NCBI RefSeq assembly: GCF_009914755.1
Contig: NC_060947.1
Source of the DNA: the human T2T-CHM13v2.0 reference genome, Homo sapiens
DNA length: 64,000 nucleotides
Reading direction: 5' to 3' (one strand)
In this document: positions 43,936 through 57,800 of the stretch, piece after piece
How the letters are laid out: each line of letters begins with the position of its first letter
Position numbering within the stretch: the stretch's first letter is position 1
Made by a program: the position numbers and the translations under genes
Notes under the pieces: model-generated
Seen by the model: the letters and a program-made list of their open reading frames with translations, nothing else
The model's database searches: none
What the model was told of the DNA's origin: nothing

Positions 43936-44985
43936 AACCTAGCTATGTAATTTACAGAATTCAGCAGAAAACAAAAAGTGGAGCCCCTAGTTAAAAGGAA
44001 GGGGAACATCACACACCGGGGCCTGTTGTGGGGTGAGGGAAGGGGGGAGGGATAGCATTAGAAGATATACCTAATGTTAAATGACGAGTTGATGGGTGCA
44101 GCACACCAACATGGCACATGTATACATATGTAATGTGAACGTTACATATGTAACCTGCACGTTGTGCACATGTACCTTAAAACTTAAAGTATAATTAAAA
44201 AAAAAAAGAGAAGGGAAAAGTGTCATTACTGGCAATAAAGTATAAAGCTTGTTTTTTCTTTCTTTCAATCTTCTATTATGGTGTGGTTTGTTTGCCATTT
44301 AATGTCTTTCTAAGTAAAGAAAAAATATAATTTTAAATTAGTAGCTGAGATTTTACCATTCATATTTATATTGTGCAATGACAGTTTTAAATATAAATAT
44401 AAGAACATTTGACTCATAGGCAGAATCATCAAAGTTACCCAATTCTTCCTCAAGCCAGTCAAAGCAGACAAATGCAAGCCAAATTCAGAAACATTGGGAA
44501 AAAAGAGGATCCTACCAGGAATGGAGTCAGCCCAAGGGAACTCTTCCTTAGGCACAATACACCCTTGGGGACAGGAATTTTCCTTTAGGCACAGAATACA
44601 CACCCTAACAGAATTTGGTGACCTTGTTCCCTGATTTGTGGCGTGCATACTCATTCAGGCCTGATAGCTGCTGTGTCTCCCCTTTCATCAGCTGCCAAAC
44701 TTAGGTACTACATTAGGCTCTGGGGAAAGCCTGACAGGCATCTCCACTTCTTACAGGTCACCATTACAATCCACAATGAATGGGTGACTTTCAAGAGTTT
44801 TGAAATTTGCTGTGCTGGGGGGCACTGGGTACCTGAATTGGGGGTGAGTGAGAGATTCACCCCTCCTAGGCATAGCTTCTTCTACCAACCCAGGGCAGGG
44901 ATGGCTGATGCCTTTCCCAGCTTAGAGACACCCCAGGGTGCACATGGCTGACCTCTCCCTAAGCTTATGCTCAGAGCCTCAGTGT
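43936..44985 (-). mobile_element. MER45(B)-like hAT-Tip100 DNA transposon relic, interrupted by an L1PA fragment
   Basis: Left end CTAGCTATGTAATTTACAG...AAAAAGTGGAGCCCCTAGTTAAAA resembles the MER45 terminus. The sequence continues after the L1. Right end approximate. Confidence 0.55.
44001..44207 (+). mobile_element. ~200-bp L1PA4/5-like 3' UTR fragment
   Basis: GGGGAACATCACACACCGGGGCC...AAAACTTAAAGTATAAT plus poly-A, TSD-like AAAAG(A)GAAGGG on both sides. Confidence 0.93.
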
Positions 44986-46329
44986 TGTGAATTTTAAAAG
45001 AAATCAAATATCTAAAATTGATTAATGTGAAGATTCACATTAATGATTTTGTCAAAATGGGAGGTAGACATTTAATGCCCTGAAATTTCTCTGAAGAAAC
45101 CTCAAGGATCCTTAGAAAAATTTTAAAAACATTGCTCTGACCAATGGCAAAGAATCAGAATTCCTAAAAAGATGCTTTGTACATTGCATTATGTCTAAGA
45201 TTTCCAAGGCAATAGACTCTTCCTCTGTTCTGCATTAGAGGGTAATGTCTTTGCGTTTTGGTACACTTTCCCACACCTTTCATGTGCTTAATTGTTGTAC
45301 ACACTCTGTAGCTGTGCACTAGATATTTTCACCATTAATAGAAGCTGGTTGGACCAAGTGTGGATTAGGCTCTGGGGTTGCAAAGGTAGCATCAAAAGGA
45401 TTATAAAGTGATCATGAAAGAGAACCTCTGCCTGACTAAGGATGAACTGAGCCAACCTGACTCTCATTTTCAAGAGTGAGAATTGAGAACTAATTAAGGA
45501 AGCAGGCATAAACTCAAGGTGAAAGAAAGCATACAAAGAGAACACGAGGTTAGGTAAGGGCCATGAGGAGTCATTATTGAAGAAAGATATCAAATTGAAA
45601 CTACAAACAACAACTATACATTAGTGAAAAAAAATATGTATAGAGTCAGCAGAACCAATTTGGTCAAGGGAAAAGTAAGAATATCTATGTTTCCCACAAC
45701 CAAAAGAGTCAAACAAATCAGATGTCTTTCAGAATGATCAGTGATGACTTCTAGCCATGAAGTACTGATAGATTTCTACCTAGGGAAGATTGAGGTAGAA
45801 CGTGTACATGACCTGTTGACTCCAGGTCATTAAATGATCTCCTGTGGGTTCAAATGCAATCCTGGCTCTCAGAATATTGGGGAGGCAGTAAGGGTGAGTA
45901 CATGAAAAATATTTTTTTTCTTATTTCTATGCTTAGAGAAATTATGTTCTCTAGCTTATGATGAAGAACCAGACTCTTTATGTTCTCTTATAAAGGACAT
46001 CAATATTCTCTATTGAGCTAGTTTATCCAGAAGCTTATTATTTAAAATCTCTGTCATCTCTCATTTGGGCACCAGGCTGTCCAGCCCTAGGCATTATCTT
46101 TTCACACTTTGAATCTAACTATTTGATTTGTAGATCAGACATGGTACTTATGCAAACCTCCACAGTAGGTCTTCGCATAGAGCACATGGTGGTCAAAAGT
46201 GGGAAGAGGAGTTAGAGATTGGTGTTAGGCATCTAAGAAGTGGAAAAGAAGATAAGAAGTTGGCAGAACTGCTGATCTATACAAGTTGATGCTGCCCACT
46301 TAATTAATATTTCCCAGGGCCATCTCAGA

Positions 46330-46762
46330 CTACTTTTACCTTGTTTCCTATATTCTAGTCACATTGGCCTTTTTCCATTTTTCTATTTTTCTGGAATATG
46401 CCATGTTCCCTCCTGCCTTAAAGACTTGAAGTAGTCTTGATCCTGCCCTGGATGTGATTCTCCTCTTTCAACCAGTGAACTGCTACTCATTCTTCAAATC
46501 ATAGCACAAGAAAGCGTTCCCTCAAATTAGAACTTCTGTTACAGCCACCCCCACCCTCTTCTAGGTCAGAAACCTTGTTTCATTCTCCCAAAACATTTAT
46601 CTCCATTTGTAAATGTACATTAATTCGTGTGACTTTAAAAATGTTAATATTTCTCAGTAGATTCTAAGCTAAATGACAAGAGAGATGTTGTCTATGTGTT
46701 TGTTCACCATTGCATTCCTAGGACTCAAAATGTATTTGTTGAAAGAAGAAAGGAAGGAAAAA
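46330..46762 (+). mobile_element. L2 3' relic
   Basis: CTAGTCACATTGGCCTT, CTACTCATTCTTCAAATC, TTTGTTCACCATTGCATTCCTAG...TATTTGTTGAA. Confidence 0.7.
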
Positions 46763-47554
46763 GGGAGGTGCAAGAAAGCTAAGACAGGAACAGACAGCAG
46801 ACAGATACATTATAGAATATATCAACTACAACTATGTCATTACAGAGAAAGGATTGGGAGCCAACGAGGGAAAAGATGCTCCTCTCACTCATTTACTCGG
46901 TTTATTGTAGCATAGTCTGTGGTACCGGAAGGCAATAATTAAGGAGCATCTTGCTTCTGCCATAGCACTTTCAGACAACTAAAATGCCCATTTACTCAAA
47001 CTTTATCTTTATCACTTAATTCACAAACTTTGATACTGTTTTTGTGGAAATCACCATTTAATAATCATTAAATTATATTTAGGTGCATTGACAGCAATGA
47101 GTCTTGTCATGACAACTGAGCCATTGATATGTGAAGCTGTTACACATTTAGACTGCATTCTCCTTAGTCTCATATTATTTACTATTTGTACACAACATTT
47201 GGTGAAGCACTAGTTTTGGAAAAACACAATATGTTTTTTTTAGAGCCATCTTTTTTCTTTCAATACAAACCCATTTAGGGACATTTTATAAAACAATATT
47301 TTTCATAAAAGAGACTCTAATGACTTGTTTAGAGTCATCACAAGCCTTCAAGTCTAATGTTTCCTACATAATAAAGCAACTTTGTTTTCAATTACCTGAT
47401 CTCCTACTGCCCCATGCTATAGAAGATGACTTCAAAGCAATGAAGTTTTTTTTTTTCTGTATTATTGTACTAACACAAATTACAGAGTGATATTTTCAGT
47501 GTGAAAAGACTAACAACACTTTTAATTCTAGTCACCCACAGTGACAATGAAGAT

Positions 47555-47722
47555 AGTAGTGGCTGTATGGATGTTCTAGAGACTAGGTTGTCTAGGCCAA
47601 AATCTTGGCTCTATCATTTATTAGCATAATAATCTTGGGAAAGTTGCTTAACCACTCTGTAATTTGTTCATCTATAAGATAAGTATAGTAATAGCATTAA
47701 TCTCCAAGGTTGATTTAGCAAA
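47555..47722 (+). mobile_element. MIR, 5' part (3' part resumes at 49635-49725 after THE1)
   Basis: AAATCTTGGCTCTATCATTTATTAGC...TTGGGAAAGTTGCTTAAC. It resumes at TTAGGACAGTGACTGACACA...CTCAGTAAATATTAG. Confidence 0.75.
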
Positions 47723-49634
47723 TGATATAATTTGGCTGTGTCCCCACCCAAATCTCATCTTCAATTACAGCTCCCATAATCCCCACATGTTGTGGGAGGG
47801 ATCTGGTGGAAGGTAATTGAATCATGGGGGTGGGTTTTTCCTGTGCTATTATCGTGATAGTGAATAAGTCTCAGGAGATGTGATGGTTTAATAAAGGGCA
47901 GTTCTCCTGCACATGCTCTCTTGCCTGCCACCACGTAAGATGTGCCTTTGCTCCTCATTTACCTTCTTCCATGATTTTGAAGCCTCCCAGCCATGTGGAA
48001 CTGTGAGTCTACTAAACTACTTTTTCTTTATAAATTATCCAGTCTTGGGTATTTCTTCATAGAAGTATGAAAATTGATTAATACAGTAAATTGGTACTGG
48101 GAGTAGGGCATTGCTATTAAGATACCTGAAAATGTGGAAGTGACTTTGGAACTGGGTAACAGGCAGAGGTTGAAACAGTTTGGAGGGATCAAAAGAAGAC
48201 AGGGAGATGTGGGAAAGTTTGGAGCTGCAGAAATTTGCGTAAGTAACGAGGAGCCAAATGTTAATTGCCAAGACAATGGGGAATATGTCTCCAGGACATG
48301 TCAGAAGTCTTCATAGCAGTTCCTTCTATCACAAACCAGGAGGCCTAGGAGGAAAAAATGGTTTAGTGGGCTGGGTCCAGGGCCTTACTGCTTCATGCAG
48401 TCTTGGGACATGGGGTTCTGCATCCCAGCCATGGCTAAAAGGGGCCAATGTACAGCTCAGGCTGTTGTTTCAAAGGTTGCAAGTCCCAAGCCTTGGTGGC
48501 TTACATGTGGTGTTGGGCCTGTGGTTTCAAAGAAGTCAAAAATTGAGGTTTGGGAACCTTCATCTGGATTTCAGAGGATGAAAGGAAATGACTGGATGTC
48601 CAGGCAAAGGTGTGCTGCAGGAGCAGAGCCATCATGGAGAACCTTAGCAAGGGCAGTATGGATGGGAAATGTGGGGTTGGAGCCCACACACAATGTCCCT
48701 ACTGGGTCACTGCCTAGTGGAGCTGTGAGAAGAGGACCACCATCTTCCAGACCCCAGAATGATAAATTCACAGACAGCTTGCCCTGTGAGCCTGGAAAAT
48801 CCACAGACACTCAATGTTAACCCATGAAAAAAGCCAGGAGGGGGTTGTACCCTGCAAAGCCACAGGGGCAGAGCTGACCAAGACCATGGGAACCCACATC
48901 TTGCATAAGTATTCCCTGGAAGTGAGACATGGAGTCACAGGAGATCATTTTGGATCTTCAAGATTTTATTGCCCTGCTCAATTTCAGACCTGAATGGGTC
49001 CTATAACCTCGTCATTTTGGCCAATTTCTTCCATTTGGAATGGGTGTATTTACCCAATGCCTGTATCCCCATTGTATCTAGAGAGGAACTAACTTGCTTT
49101 TGATTTTACAGGCTCATAGGCAGAAGGGACTTGCCTTGTGTCAGATGAGACTTTGGACTGCAGACTTTTGAATTAATGCTGAAATGAGTTAAGACTTTTG
49201 GGGACAGTTGGGAAGGCATGATTGGTTTCAAAATGTGAGGACGTGAGATTTGGGAGGGGCCAGGGACACAATAATACAGTTTGGCTGTGTCCCTACCCAA
49301 ATCTTATCTTGAATTGTAGCTCCCTTAATCCCCACATGTCATGGGATAGACTTGATGGGAGGTAATTGAATTATAGTGGAGGGTTTTCCCCATGCTGTTC
49401 TCAAGGTAGTGAATAAGTCTCATGAGATCTGATGGTTTTATAAAGGGCAGTTCCCTGCATAAGCTCTTTTACCTGCCACCATGTAAGATGTGCCTTTGCT
49501 CCTCCTGCACCTTCCACCATGATTGTGAGGCCTCCAAAACTATGTGGAACTCTGAATCTATTAAATCTCTTTTTCTTTATAAACTACTCAGTCTTAGATA
49601 TTTCTTCATCATAGTGTGAAAATGGACTAATACA
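47723..49634 (+). mobile_element. THE1 (THE1B/C-like) MaLR retrotransposon with both LTRs
   Basis: 5' LTR 47723-48085 and 3' LTR 49272-49634, both 363 bp (TTTGGCTGTGTCCC..CCCAAATCT...TAATACA). Internal region 48086-49271 ends in a purine tract. TSD GCAAA/GTAAA. Confidence 0.95.
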
Positions 49635-49849
49635 GTAAATATTCAATAAGTTAATAAATTTGAAAAATTTAGGACAGTGACTGACACAAAGCAAGGGACT
49701 CAGTAAATATTAGTTATCTTCATCATTATAAATGGTACATAAAGTGGTGCCTGGACATAAGACAAATTTTCATAAATAAACTAAAATTATGTTGAATGGA
49801 TAGAACTTGAAATTTGGTGACATATTTGAGGAATTTTCTTACCATCTTT

Positions 49850-50070
49850 TCCCAAGTGCAAGAGTATTGAACTTAGATTCAGGAGAACATGGTGGTTGAA
49901 TGATAACTAATTTGCTGGAATTTATATAACCATTGAGTTTTAGTTTTTTCTTTCTCAAATGAAAAATGTAATTTATCCTATCTGTCATAAAGACTTGGGA
50001 GATCCAAGTAAAATAATATCTATGAAAACACTCTGTGTACTGTAAAGCTCTATACAAATTATAGGTGTTA
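49850..50070 (+). mobile_element. MIR relic
   Basis: AAGAGTATTGAACTTAGATTCAGGAG...ATGAAAACACTCTG...CTGTAAAGCTCTATACAAAT. Confidence 0.6.
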
Positions 50071-50231
50071 TCAAAATGAACTTAACTTCAATTACTCAAA
50101 GAAACATTGAGCCATTCAATGAAGTACAACATATGCATTCCTGTGATTGCACCTTCAGTTTGGAATGACTTTATCCTCCCTCGTGGGGTAAAAAAAATCA
50201 CCAAAGTGACAGTTGATCAAGATTTTCTTCC

Positions 50232-50365
50232 TTTTACTGCCACGAATTAATTGTGTGACTTGGGAAAAGTCATGTACCTTCTCTATGCCTCAGTTTCCTC
50301 ATGCAAAATGAATACTTGGAGTTAGTTAATCTCTAAGGTACTTTCCAGTTCTGACATTCTAGAAT
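50232..50365 (+). mobile_element. MIR3 relic
   Basis: TGTGTGACTTGGG...GCCTCAGTTTCCTCAT...ATCTCTAAGGTACTTTCCAGTTCTGACATTCTA. Confidence 0.8.
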
Positions 50366-51957
50366 ATTAATTAATCCCTGTGATAACCTCTGATATATTT
50401 TCAAATAATAGAGAGGGGTTAGTATCACCTGGGGTGTTTCTAAAGCCAGCAGTAAAAGTAAATTTTTACTTGAGTTCTTGAGTTCCATCAATTTTGGTAG
50501 TCAAAAGGGTACACACAAAATGTATTCGGGAAACCTCTTTTGGCAGCCATTTCAGGCTCTGATTATGCTCCAAGATTTGACCAGTGCCTAGGTAACAGGG
50601 CTAGTTTAATAAGTCTCCAACAAGTTTCACATATTGGAGGAGACTAATAAAGCCATTCTTATATTTTATTCGTGGATTGCTAAAGATGTGTAGTCCCCTT
50701 GATGCTTCCCTCATGGAATTAAAACCAGGTCTTATTGAGTGCTACTGAAGCTGTATTCATGGGAGCTCATTATGTGCTAATCCCCCCAGAACAGTATTTC
50801 TGTCTGAGCCTCCATGTGGTAGGCAACTTGAATGAGGAAGTTAAATATTGCTGGCTGCCCTGCTGAAGCTTGGCTGGGTCTTCCACAGTGTATGGGGTAA
50901 GTCATTTGGGGACTGAGGCTCTCGGTTGTCCTCTTAGAATAGTTGGAGCAATTACTTTAGCAGCAAATATGGACTAATCATTTTGAAATTCCAGTTTAAG
51001 TCCACAGCCTTTTTGAGTTACACAAGCACTAAAATGACCACAAGAGATTCATGTCTCAGGGCCTGGTGACAGCCTACAGCCCAGCACTGCTGGCAAATCT
51101 TTCAGTGCCACAAATGTGTAAAAGTGCTTTTCTTTGCTTCCCCACTCTAAAAGCATATTGCTAGCACTCCAAGTAGCTTTAATGGTGGGAACTATACAAA
51201 AAGAGTAACTCTAAAGTCAAAAGGAATATCTTCAATTCTGAATAGTTTTTAATAGAAAAGAGACATCCAGACATATTATTTAGCTCTGATAAGATTCATC
51301 ACTCATTACTCTGAACTTACTAGATATATCATTTGATTTATAAACTCATTAGTGAGTCCTACATTTAGAAGAATAACTTCACTACCCACTGTTACAGTAC
51401 ACAATATTGAACAGGGATGTTAAAGTTAATTACAAGCACTTCAATAATGGAGCCCTCCTTTAACTTAGAAAATGTCATGGTAGTCTCATTCTCATGAGGA
51501 AAGCATCCAGTTATAAACATGAAAGGAATTTAAGTGTACATTTCTGTTGTTTTTCTGGAAGGGAATAATTCTTGTTTTAGGCACCAGAATGGGAACTGGG
51601 AAGTAGCCCTAAAGTGCCAGAAATGGCTATTTCAAGGTTTGGCTGGCCCAGTGAAAAACAGTGTGGGGCTTTCAGATGGGGGCTGCTAAAAATTAATTTT
51701 ACACCTTTAGAGCATTTCTTCCACAAACCCTCCCCTGACAACTCAAATACCCATAAAAATATACTTTGTCTAACTCTAATTAAGTCTCAGCTTTATGACC
51801 CAAGGGTTACTTTACTACTTTTTTTTGTTCCTTAATTATTTCATGAACTGTTTTTATTTTTTCTCTAGAGCATGGGCAGCTTTTGAGAGGGAACATTTTG
51901 TGCTTCCTGTGTACCCTTGTTGCAGTGGTGCTGAGCACATTCTTTGACACACGGTAG

Positions 51958-52426
51958 TGTGAAGGAAAAATATCTTGGGCCCCCAACGTCACTAAGCTAA
52001 AAAGAAAATTCAAGCTGGTACCTGCTTAGGGAAAACCTACCTCCCATTCTATGCAAAGTCACCCCTGTGTTCACTGAGACAAATGCATATATGATTTCCT
52101 CCTTTGGAAAGGCTAATCAGAAGCTTAAAAAAATGCAACCATTTATCTCTCACCTATGTGTGACCTGGAAGCGCTTCCCCGCTTCAAGTTGTCCCACTTT
52201 TGCTTTGAGCTTTCCCGCCTTTCTGGACTGAACCAATGTTCATTTTACACACGTGGATTGATGTCTCATGTCTCCCTAAAATGTATAAAATAAAGCTGTA
52301 CTCTGACCACCTTGGGCACATGTCATCAGGACCTCCAGAGTCTGTTTCACAGGTATGCATCCTCAACATTGGCAAAACAAACCTTCTAAATTAATTGAGA
52401 ACTATCTCAAATTTTGGGGGTTGACA
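51958..52426 (+). mobile_element. MER4A1-like ERV1 5' LTR
   Basis: TGTGAAGGAAAAATATCTTGGGCCCCC...CACTAAGCTAAA...GACCACCTTGGGCACATGTCATCAGGACCTCC...GTTGACA, followed by PBS-like TTTGGTAACCAC. Confidence 0.88.
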
Positions 52427-52880
52427 TTTGGTAACCACAGAGGGATTCAGAGTGGAGATGCCCCTGACCTTTGACAAATTGGTGCTTGGTACCATCATTA
52501 ACTAACTTTATAGCTCAAACCAATAGGACAATTTGCTGAGGTCTGAGAGCATCCCCTCCAGAGAATCCCTTATCTCCTAAAATTTGGTCAAGTTCTAAAG
52601 TTTATTTTGCTGTACAACTTCTCTTTTTTTTAAGTTTTAATTTCTTCTGACAAAGAAGGCAAGATTTCCTATTTCAATGATGATGGAAGGCAGGCAACTC
52701 CTTTATGGAGTTTGAGCTCACTTCTAACAGATAAGATGAGTTTTTTTGTTTTTTTTTTTTGTTTTTTTCTGCTTCTAGGATGTTAGAGAGCAGCCTACAG
52801 TCTGAGACACATCCCCAGGTAAGTAACTGAATTGGGATTTGTCTTGGCTAAAGTTAAGTTTAAACAGAGACAGCTGGTCT

Positions 52881-54833
52881 CTGTTTGCAGCTGACATGAT
52901 AGTATATTTAGAAAATTCCATTATCTTAGCCCCAAAACTCCTTAAGCCGAGAAGCAACTTCAGCAAAGTCTTAGGACACAAAATCAATGTGCAAAAATCA
53001 CAAGTATTCCTATACACCCAAAATAGACAAGCAGAGAGCCAAATCATGAGTGAACTCCCATTCACAATTGCTACAAATAGAATAAAATACCCAGGAACAC
53101 AACTTACAAGGGACAGGAAGAACGTCTTCAAGGGGATCTACAAACCACTGCTCAAGGAAATAAGAGAAGACACAAACAAATGGAAAAAAAAATCCATGCT
53201 CATGGATAGGAAGAATCAATATCATGAAAATGGCCATACTGCCCAAAGTAATTTATAGATTCAATGCTATCCCCATGAAGCTACCATTGACTTTCTTCAT
53301 AAAATTAGAAAAAACTACTTTAAATTTCATATGGAACCAAAAAAGAGTCCATATAGCCAAGACAATCCTAAGCAAAAAGCTGGAGGCATCATGCTACCTG
53401 ACTTCAAACTATAATACAAGGCTACAGTAACCAAAACAGCATGGTATTGGTACCAAACAGATATATAAACCAATGGAACAGAATAGAGATCTCAGAAATA
53501 ACACCACACATTTACAACCATCTGATCTTTGACAAACCTAACAAAAACAAGCAATGGGGAAAAGATTCTTTATTTAATAAATGGTGCTGTGAAAACTGGC
53601 TAGCTATATGCAGAAAACATAAACTGGATCCTTTCCTTACACTTTATACAAAAATTAACTGAAGATGGATTGGAGACTTAAATGTAAAACCTAAAACCAT
53701 AAAAAACCCTAGAAGAAAACCTAGGCAATACCGCTCATGACATAGGCATGGGCATAGGCTTCACGACTAAAAGACCAAAAGCAAGTGCAACAAAAGCCAA
53801 AATTGACAAATGGTATCTAACTAAGCTAAAGAGCTTCTGCACAGCAAAAGAAACTATCATCATAGTAAACTGGCAACCTACAGAATGGGAGAAAATTTTT
53901 GCAATCTATTCATCTGACAAAGGCCTAACATCCAGAATCTACAAGGAACTTAAACAAATTTACAAGACAAAAAAAAATCAAAAAATGGGCAAATGATATG
54001 AACAGACACTTCCCAAAAAAAGATATTTATGCGACCAACAAACATATGGAAAAAAGCTCATCATCACTTGTCATTACAGAAATGCAAATCAAAACTACAA
54101 TGAGATACCATCTCATGCCAGTTAGAATGGAAATCATTAAAAAGTCAGAAAACAACAGATGCTGATGAGACTGTGGAGAAATAGGAATGTTTTTACACTG
54201 TTGGGAGTGTAAATTAGTTCAACCATTGTGGAAGACAGTGTGGTGATTCCTCAAGGATGTAGAACCAGAAATACCATTTGACCCAGCAATCCCATTACTG
54301 GGTATATACCCAAAAGATTATAAATGTTTCCACTATAAAGACACATGCAGGCATATGTTTATTGCAGCACTATTTACAATAGCAAAGACTTGGAACCAAC
54401 CCAAATGCCCAACAGTGATAGACTGGATAAAGAAAATGTGGCACATATACACCATGGAATACTATGCAGCCATAAAACAATTGAATTCATGTCCTTTGCA
54501 GGAACATGGATGAAGTTGGAAGCCATCATTCTCAGCAAACTAACAAAGGAACAGGAAACCAAACCCTGCGTATTCTCACTCATAAATGGGAGTTGAACAA
54601 TGAGAACACATGGACACAGGGAGGGGAACATCACACACCAAGACTGTTGGGGGGTGGAGGGCAAGGGGAGCCAGAGCATTATGACAAATACTTAATGCAT
54701 GTGGGGCTTAAAACCTAGATGATGGATTGATAGGGGCAGCAAACCACCATGGCACATGTATGCTTATGTAACAAACCTGCACATTCTGTACATGTATCCC
54801 AGAACTTCAAGTGGAAAAAAAAAAAAAAAAAAA
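52881..54833 (+). mobile_element. 5'-truncated LINE-1, L1PA7/8-like, nested in MER4-int
   Basis: ORF2 fragments from [12 protein letters not shown] onward. 3' UTR GGGGCTTAAAACCTAGATGA plus poly-A. TSD CAGCTGGTCT at 52871-52880 and 54836-54845. Confidence 0.95.
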
Positions 54834-57800
54834 CCCAGCTGGTCTTAATTTCTACTTACCATTAGAGCACTCAGTAATCATATAAGTTGTGCAATCATTT
54901 ATTTTGCTTAACTTTTTTTGTCGTTTGTTTGTTCTTATTTTGTTGTTTTGTTCTTTCTCCAATGGGGTTTGACCAACTCTATCTGAATTTATCAAACCCA
55001 AAGGAAAGCTCCAAATTATGGGGAATAAGGCCTCTAAAGTGGTTAAATTCCCACGAAAATTGTGGTATGATGTGGGGAGGAAAACAGCCATCAAAAGAAA
55101 AAAAATGACATTTGATATTAACTACTTAACGGGCTTTATTTACATTACAAGGCCACGTTTTTGCTAGCCAAGCCAAACTGAAAGACCAATTGATGTCACC
55201 CCACACTGCAGTCTGATAGCTAAGGTTCTTCTTCTTTTTTTTTTTTTTTTCACCATGACAGCCTGGTTCCTAAATCAAGCCCTTTCTGTTTTGATACTTA
55301 GTACTTCTGAAATAGCAGCAATTTGTCCTAGCTAAAATATGTAATGAGATTTGAAAGGATTTTTTTTAAAGGAGCTCAACGGTTAAATGTCAGCTTAATT
55401 AAAAAGCTAACGTTCAAGATGTGTGTGTGTATTTGCGCATATGTGTATGTTTGTATTTAAAAGGCCTTCATATTTTTTGTTTTTTGTTCATTTGTCTCTC
55501 CTAGGATCTCGTCTTTTTTTGAGCAAATTTGTTTTTTTCTTCTCAGTCAACTGAATTGTGTTTTCACCTGATTTTTTGACTAAAATAATTACTGTAACAG
55601 AGGCTACTCTTGAGTTTTTAAGGAAGAGTGTAGTTTAGACACTTAGAAATGTCTTTGTTTAAAAAAACTTCTAAGTGCCCTGTAAAAGCATCACATGGTC
55701 TAGTCTCATAATAATTCTCCCTTTTGGGGGCCCAGGATTCAGTGTGGGCTTTGCCCAGAGCTCACAGTTCCAGTTAAAAAAATAGGTAGTCCCTATCTAA
55801 ATAAAATTGGTCTCCTTATACAATCCCATGATACATTTCTATAATTTGTGTTTGATTTGGTGTCCATCTTTAATCTCCCTCTAGCACCATCAGACTTTTT
55901 CTCTCTGTACCTTAACATGTACATTTTGCTATTTAACTTTCACCTGAGTTGTTTCCTTTGCTATGCAAATTTAAGGCTATTTAGCTGACAACTGTCTAGG
56001 TTTGTGAAACAGGTTATCAATAATCTGAAAGTCTAAGACAGGAAGAAAAAGTTTTTATGAATCTATAAGATATAGTTCTATTGGCATGCCTAATACATCT
56101 ATGTATTTATGTGTTGTATATACAATGTTTTACTACTGAAAATATATGAAATAACTCTAATTAATTGGCCCAAAGAAAAATAAAAGCATTTAAATACTTT
56201 ATCAGGAAAAAAAGAAAAGACTGGTCGAATACTTTTTCAAGTTTACATAACTTAAATAGAATCTTTAATAAATAATCTAGCTTTAAAATTATTGGTAAAG
56301 TAATATTAGAAATGTCTTAAGAATTGCCAGCATACATTTTTGTTTGCATTTATTAATCAAGCAATTTTATATTTATCCCTGCCAAATATCATAAGGTGTC
56401 AAAATTTGGCATAAAGGTTTGAAAACTATAAACTCAGCCCAAAACAGAATGATTTTTGCTTGTGTAATTTTTAATAAATAAGACATTGATGTTGGTTTAA
56501 TGAAAATAGCTACATCTTGAATTAGTAAGATTACTGTAACTTCTAATCCTGTGGCTTTGGGCAGTCTATTACACAGAGAGTAGGGAGATTTGTTTTGTGA
56601 AAGGACTGTTATTGTCTTTGTTTCAAAGCTAAAATATGAACTAATTTCCTCCCAAAGTTAGTTTGGCCTATGCCCAGGAATGAACAAGGACAACTTGGAA
56701 GTGAAAAGCAAGATGGAGTCAGGTCAAATCTGTTTCAGTATCTCAGTTATAATTTTCCAATGGTGGTTTTATAACTTTAAATCATGACTATCACGGTTTT
56801 CATAATCTAAGTAAACAATTAAAATAAAATAATTAGGTAAATGTGATGGGATACTACTTGCAGAGGAACTAGTTATAATACAGCATATAGAGTTATATTA
56901 AATTAAATAACAAATATTTCATTATTTGGGTATCTTGCAATAAAAATATATGGTAGGAAAACTTTCTAAACAAACGTATCCTTTGTTTAAAAGGGTGAAC
57001 AATTTTTGTTTAATTCAAAGCTTATTTAAAGGTTATATATAAAACAAGGTAAAACCAGGAAATAAGAGAGATGTAAAGAAAGTTAAAGAAATAAAGAGGT
57101 ATTTTTTTCTTGTAGAAAGCTTAAAGATAAATAATTTTATATGAGAAAGAACCTTTTATGGTAAATTTAGAGCTAGAATGAAATGACTGGTTGTTTAAGA
57201 AAGAGAGATGTTTAGGACAAACCAGAAAGTCCAAACATGTCATGAATGATCTGCATAAATCACAATAAGAGGACTTATAAAAAAACAAATACTTTTATAT
57301 GATCAAGTTGTCTATAATTAAAGGGAAATTATAATGGTCTTTCTAAAGTTTAAGTTTGATGTTAAAAAAAACACTGAATAATTAGTTAGAACAATAATAT
57401 TTTCTTAAGGGATTGATTATTCTTAATAAATTATAACGTATTTTAATTTTTCAACCCAAAGTTCAACTTTTATTGCATCTCTCCATTTTCAGTTTTCTCT
57501 CCCCTTTTAAAGAGAGTAAAATAGTAATGCTCTCCTTTAACACATTTTCAGCTTATACAAATAGTTTTTTCCTGGAGCTCTGTTGCAGTGGCCTGATATT
57601 AACAATGTTTTCTTAAAGGTTTAAAGGAAATGTTTTCTCCAATATAACATTCTTTGCAGTGCGGAACGTCTTTTGCCTTTTGGTAGCTGGCCTAACAGGT
57701 TTACCTTTTATCAAAACAATTCTTATGCCATTATTACTAAGTATTTTTTTTTTTTTGCTTATGACAAAAACAGATTAAACTTTTTAAAATTAAGGTTATT

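Noticed and set aside
48395-48820. 141-aa ORF as a gene
   Set aside because: It lies wholly in the THE1 internal region and is a remnant of the MaLR ORF, with overlapping chance ORFs on both strands.
52839-54718. ERV-L1 chimeric protein gene (139-aa ORF crossing the junction)
   Set aside because: Chance read-in from MER4-int with a non-ATG start. FADD is mutated to FAAD and frameshifts follow.
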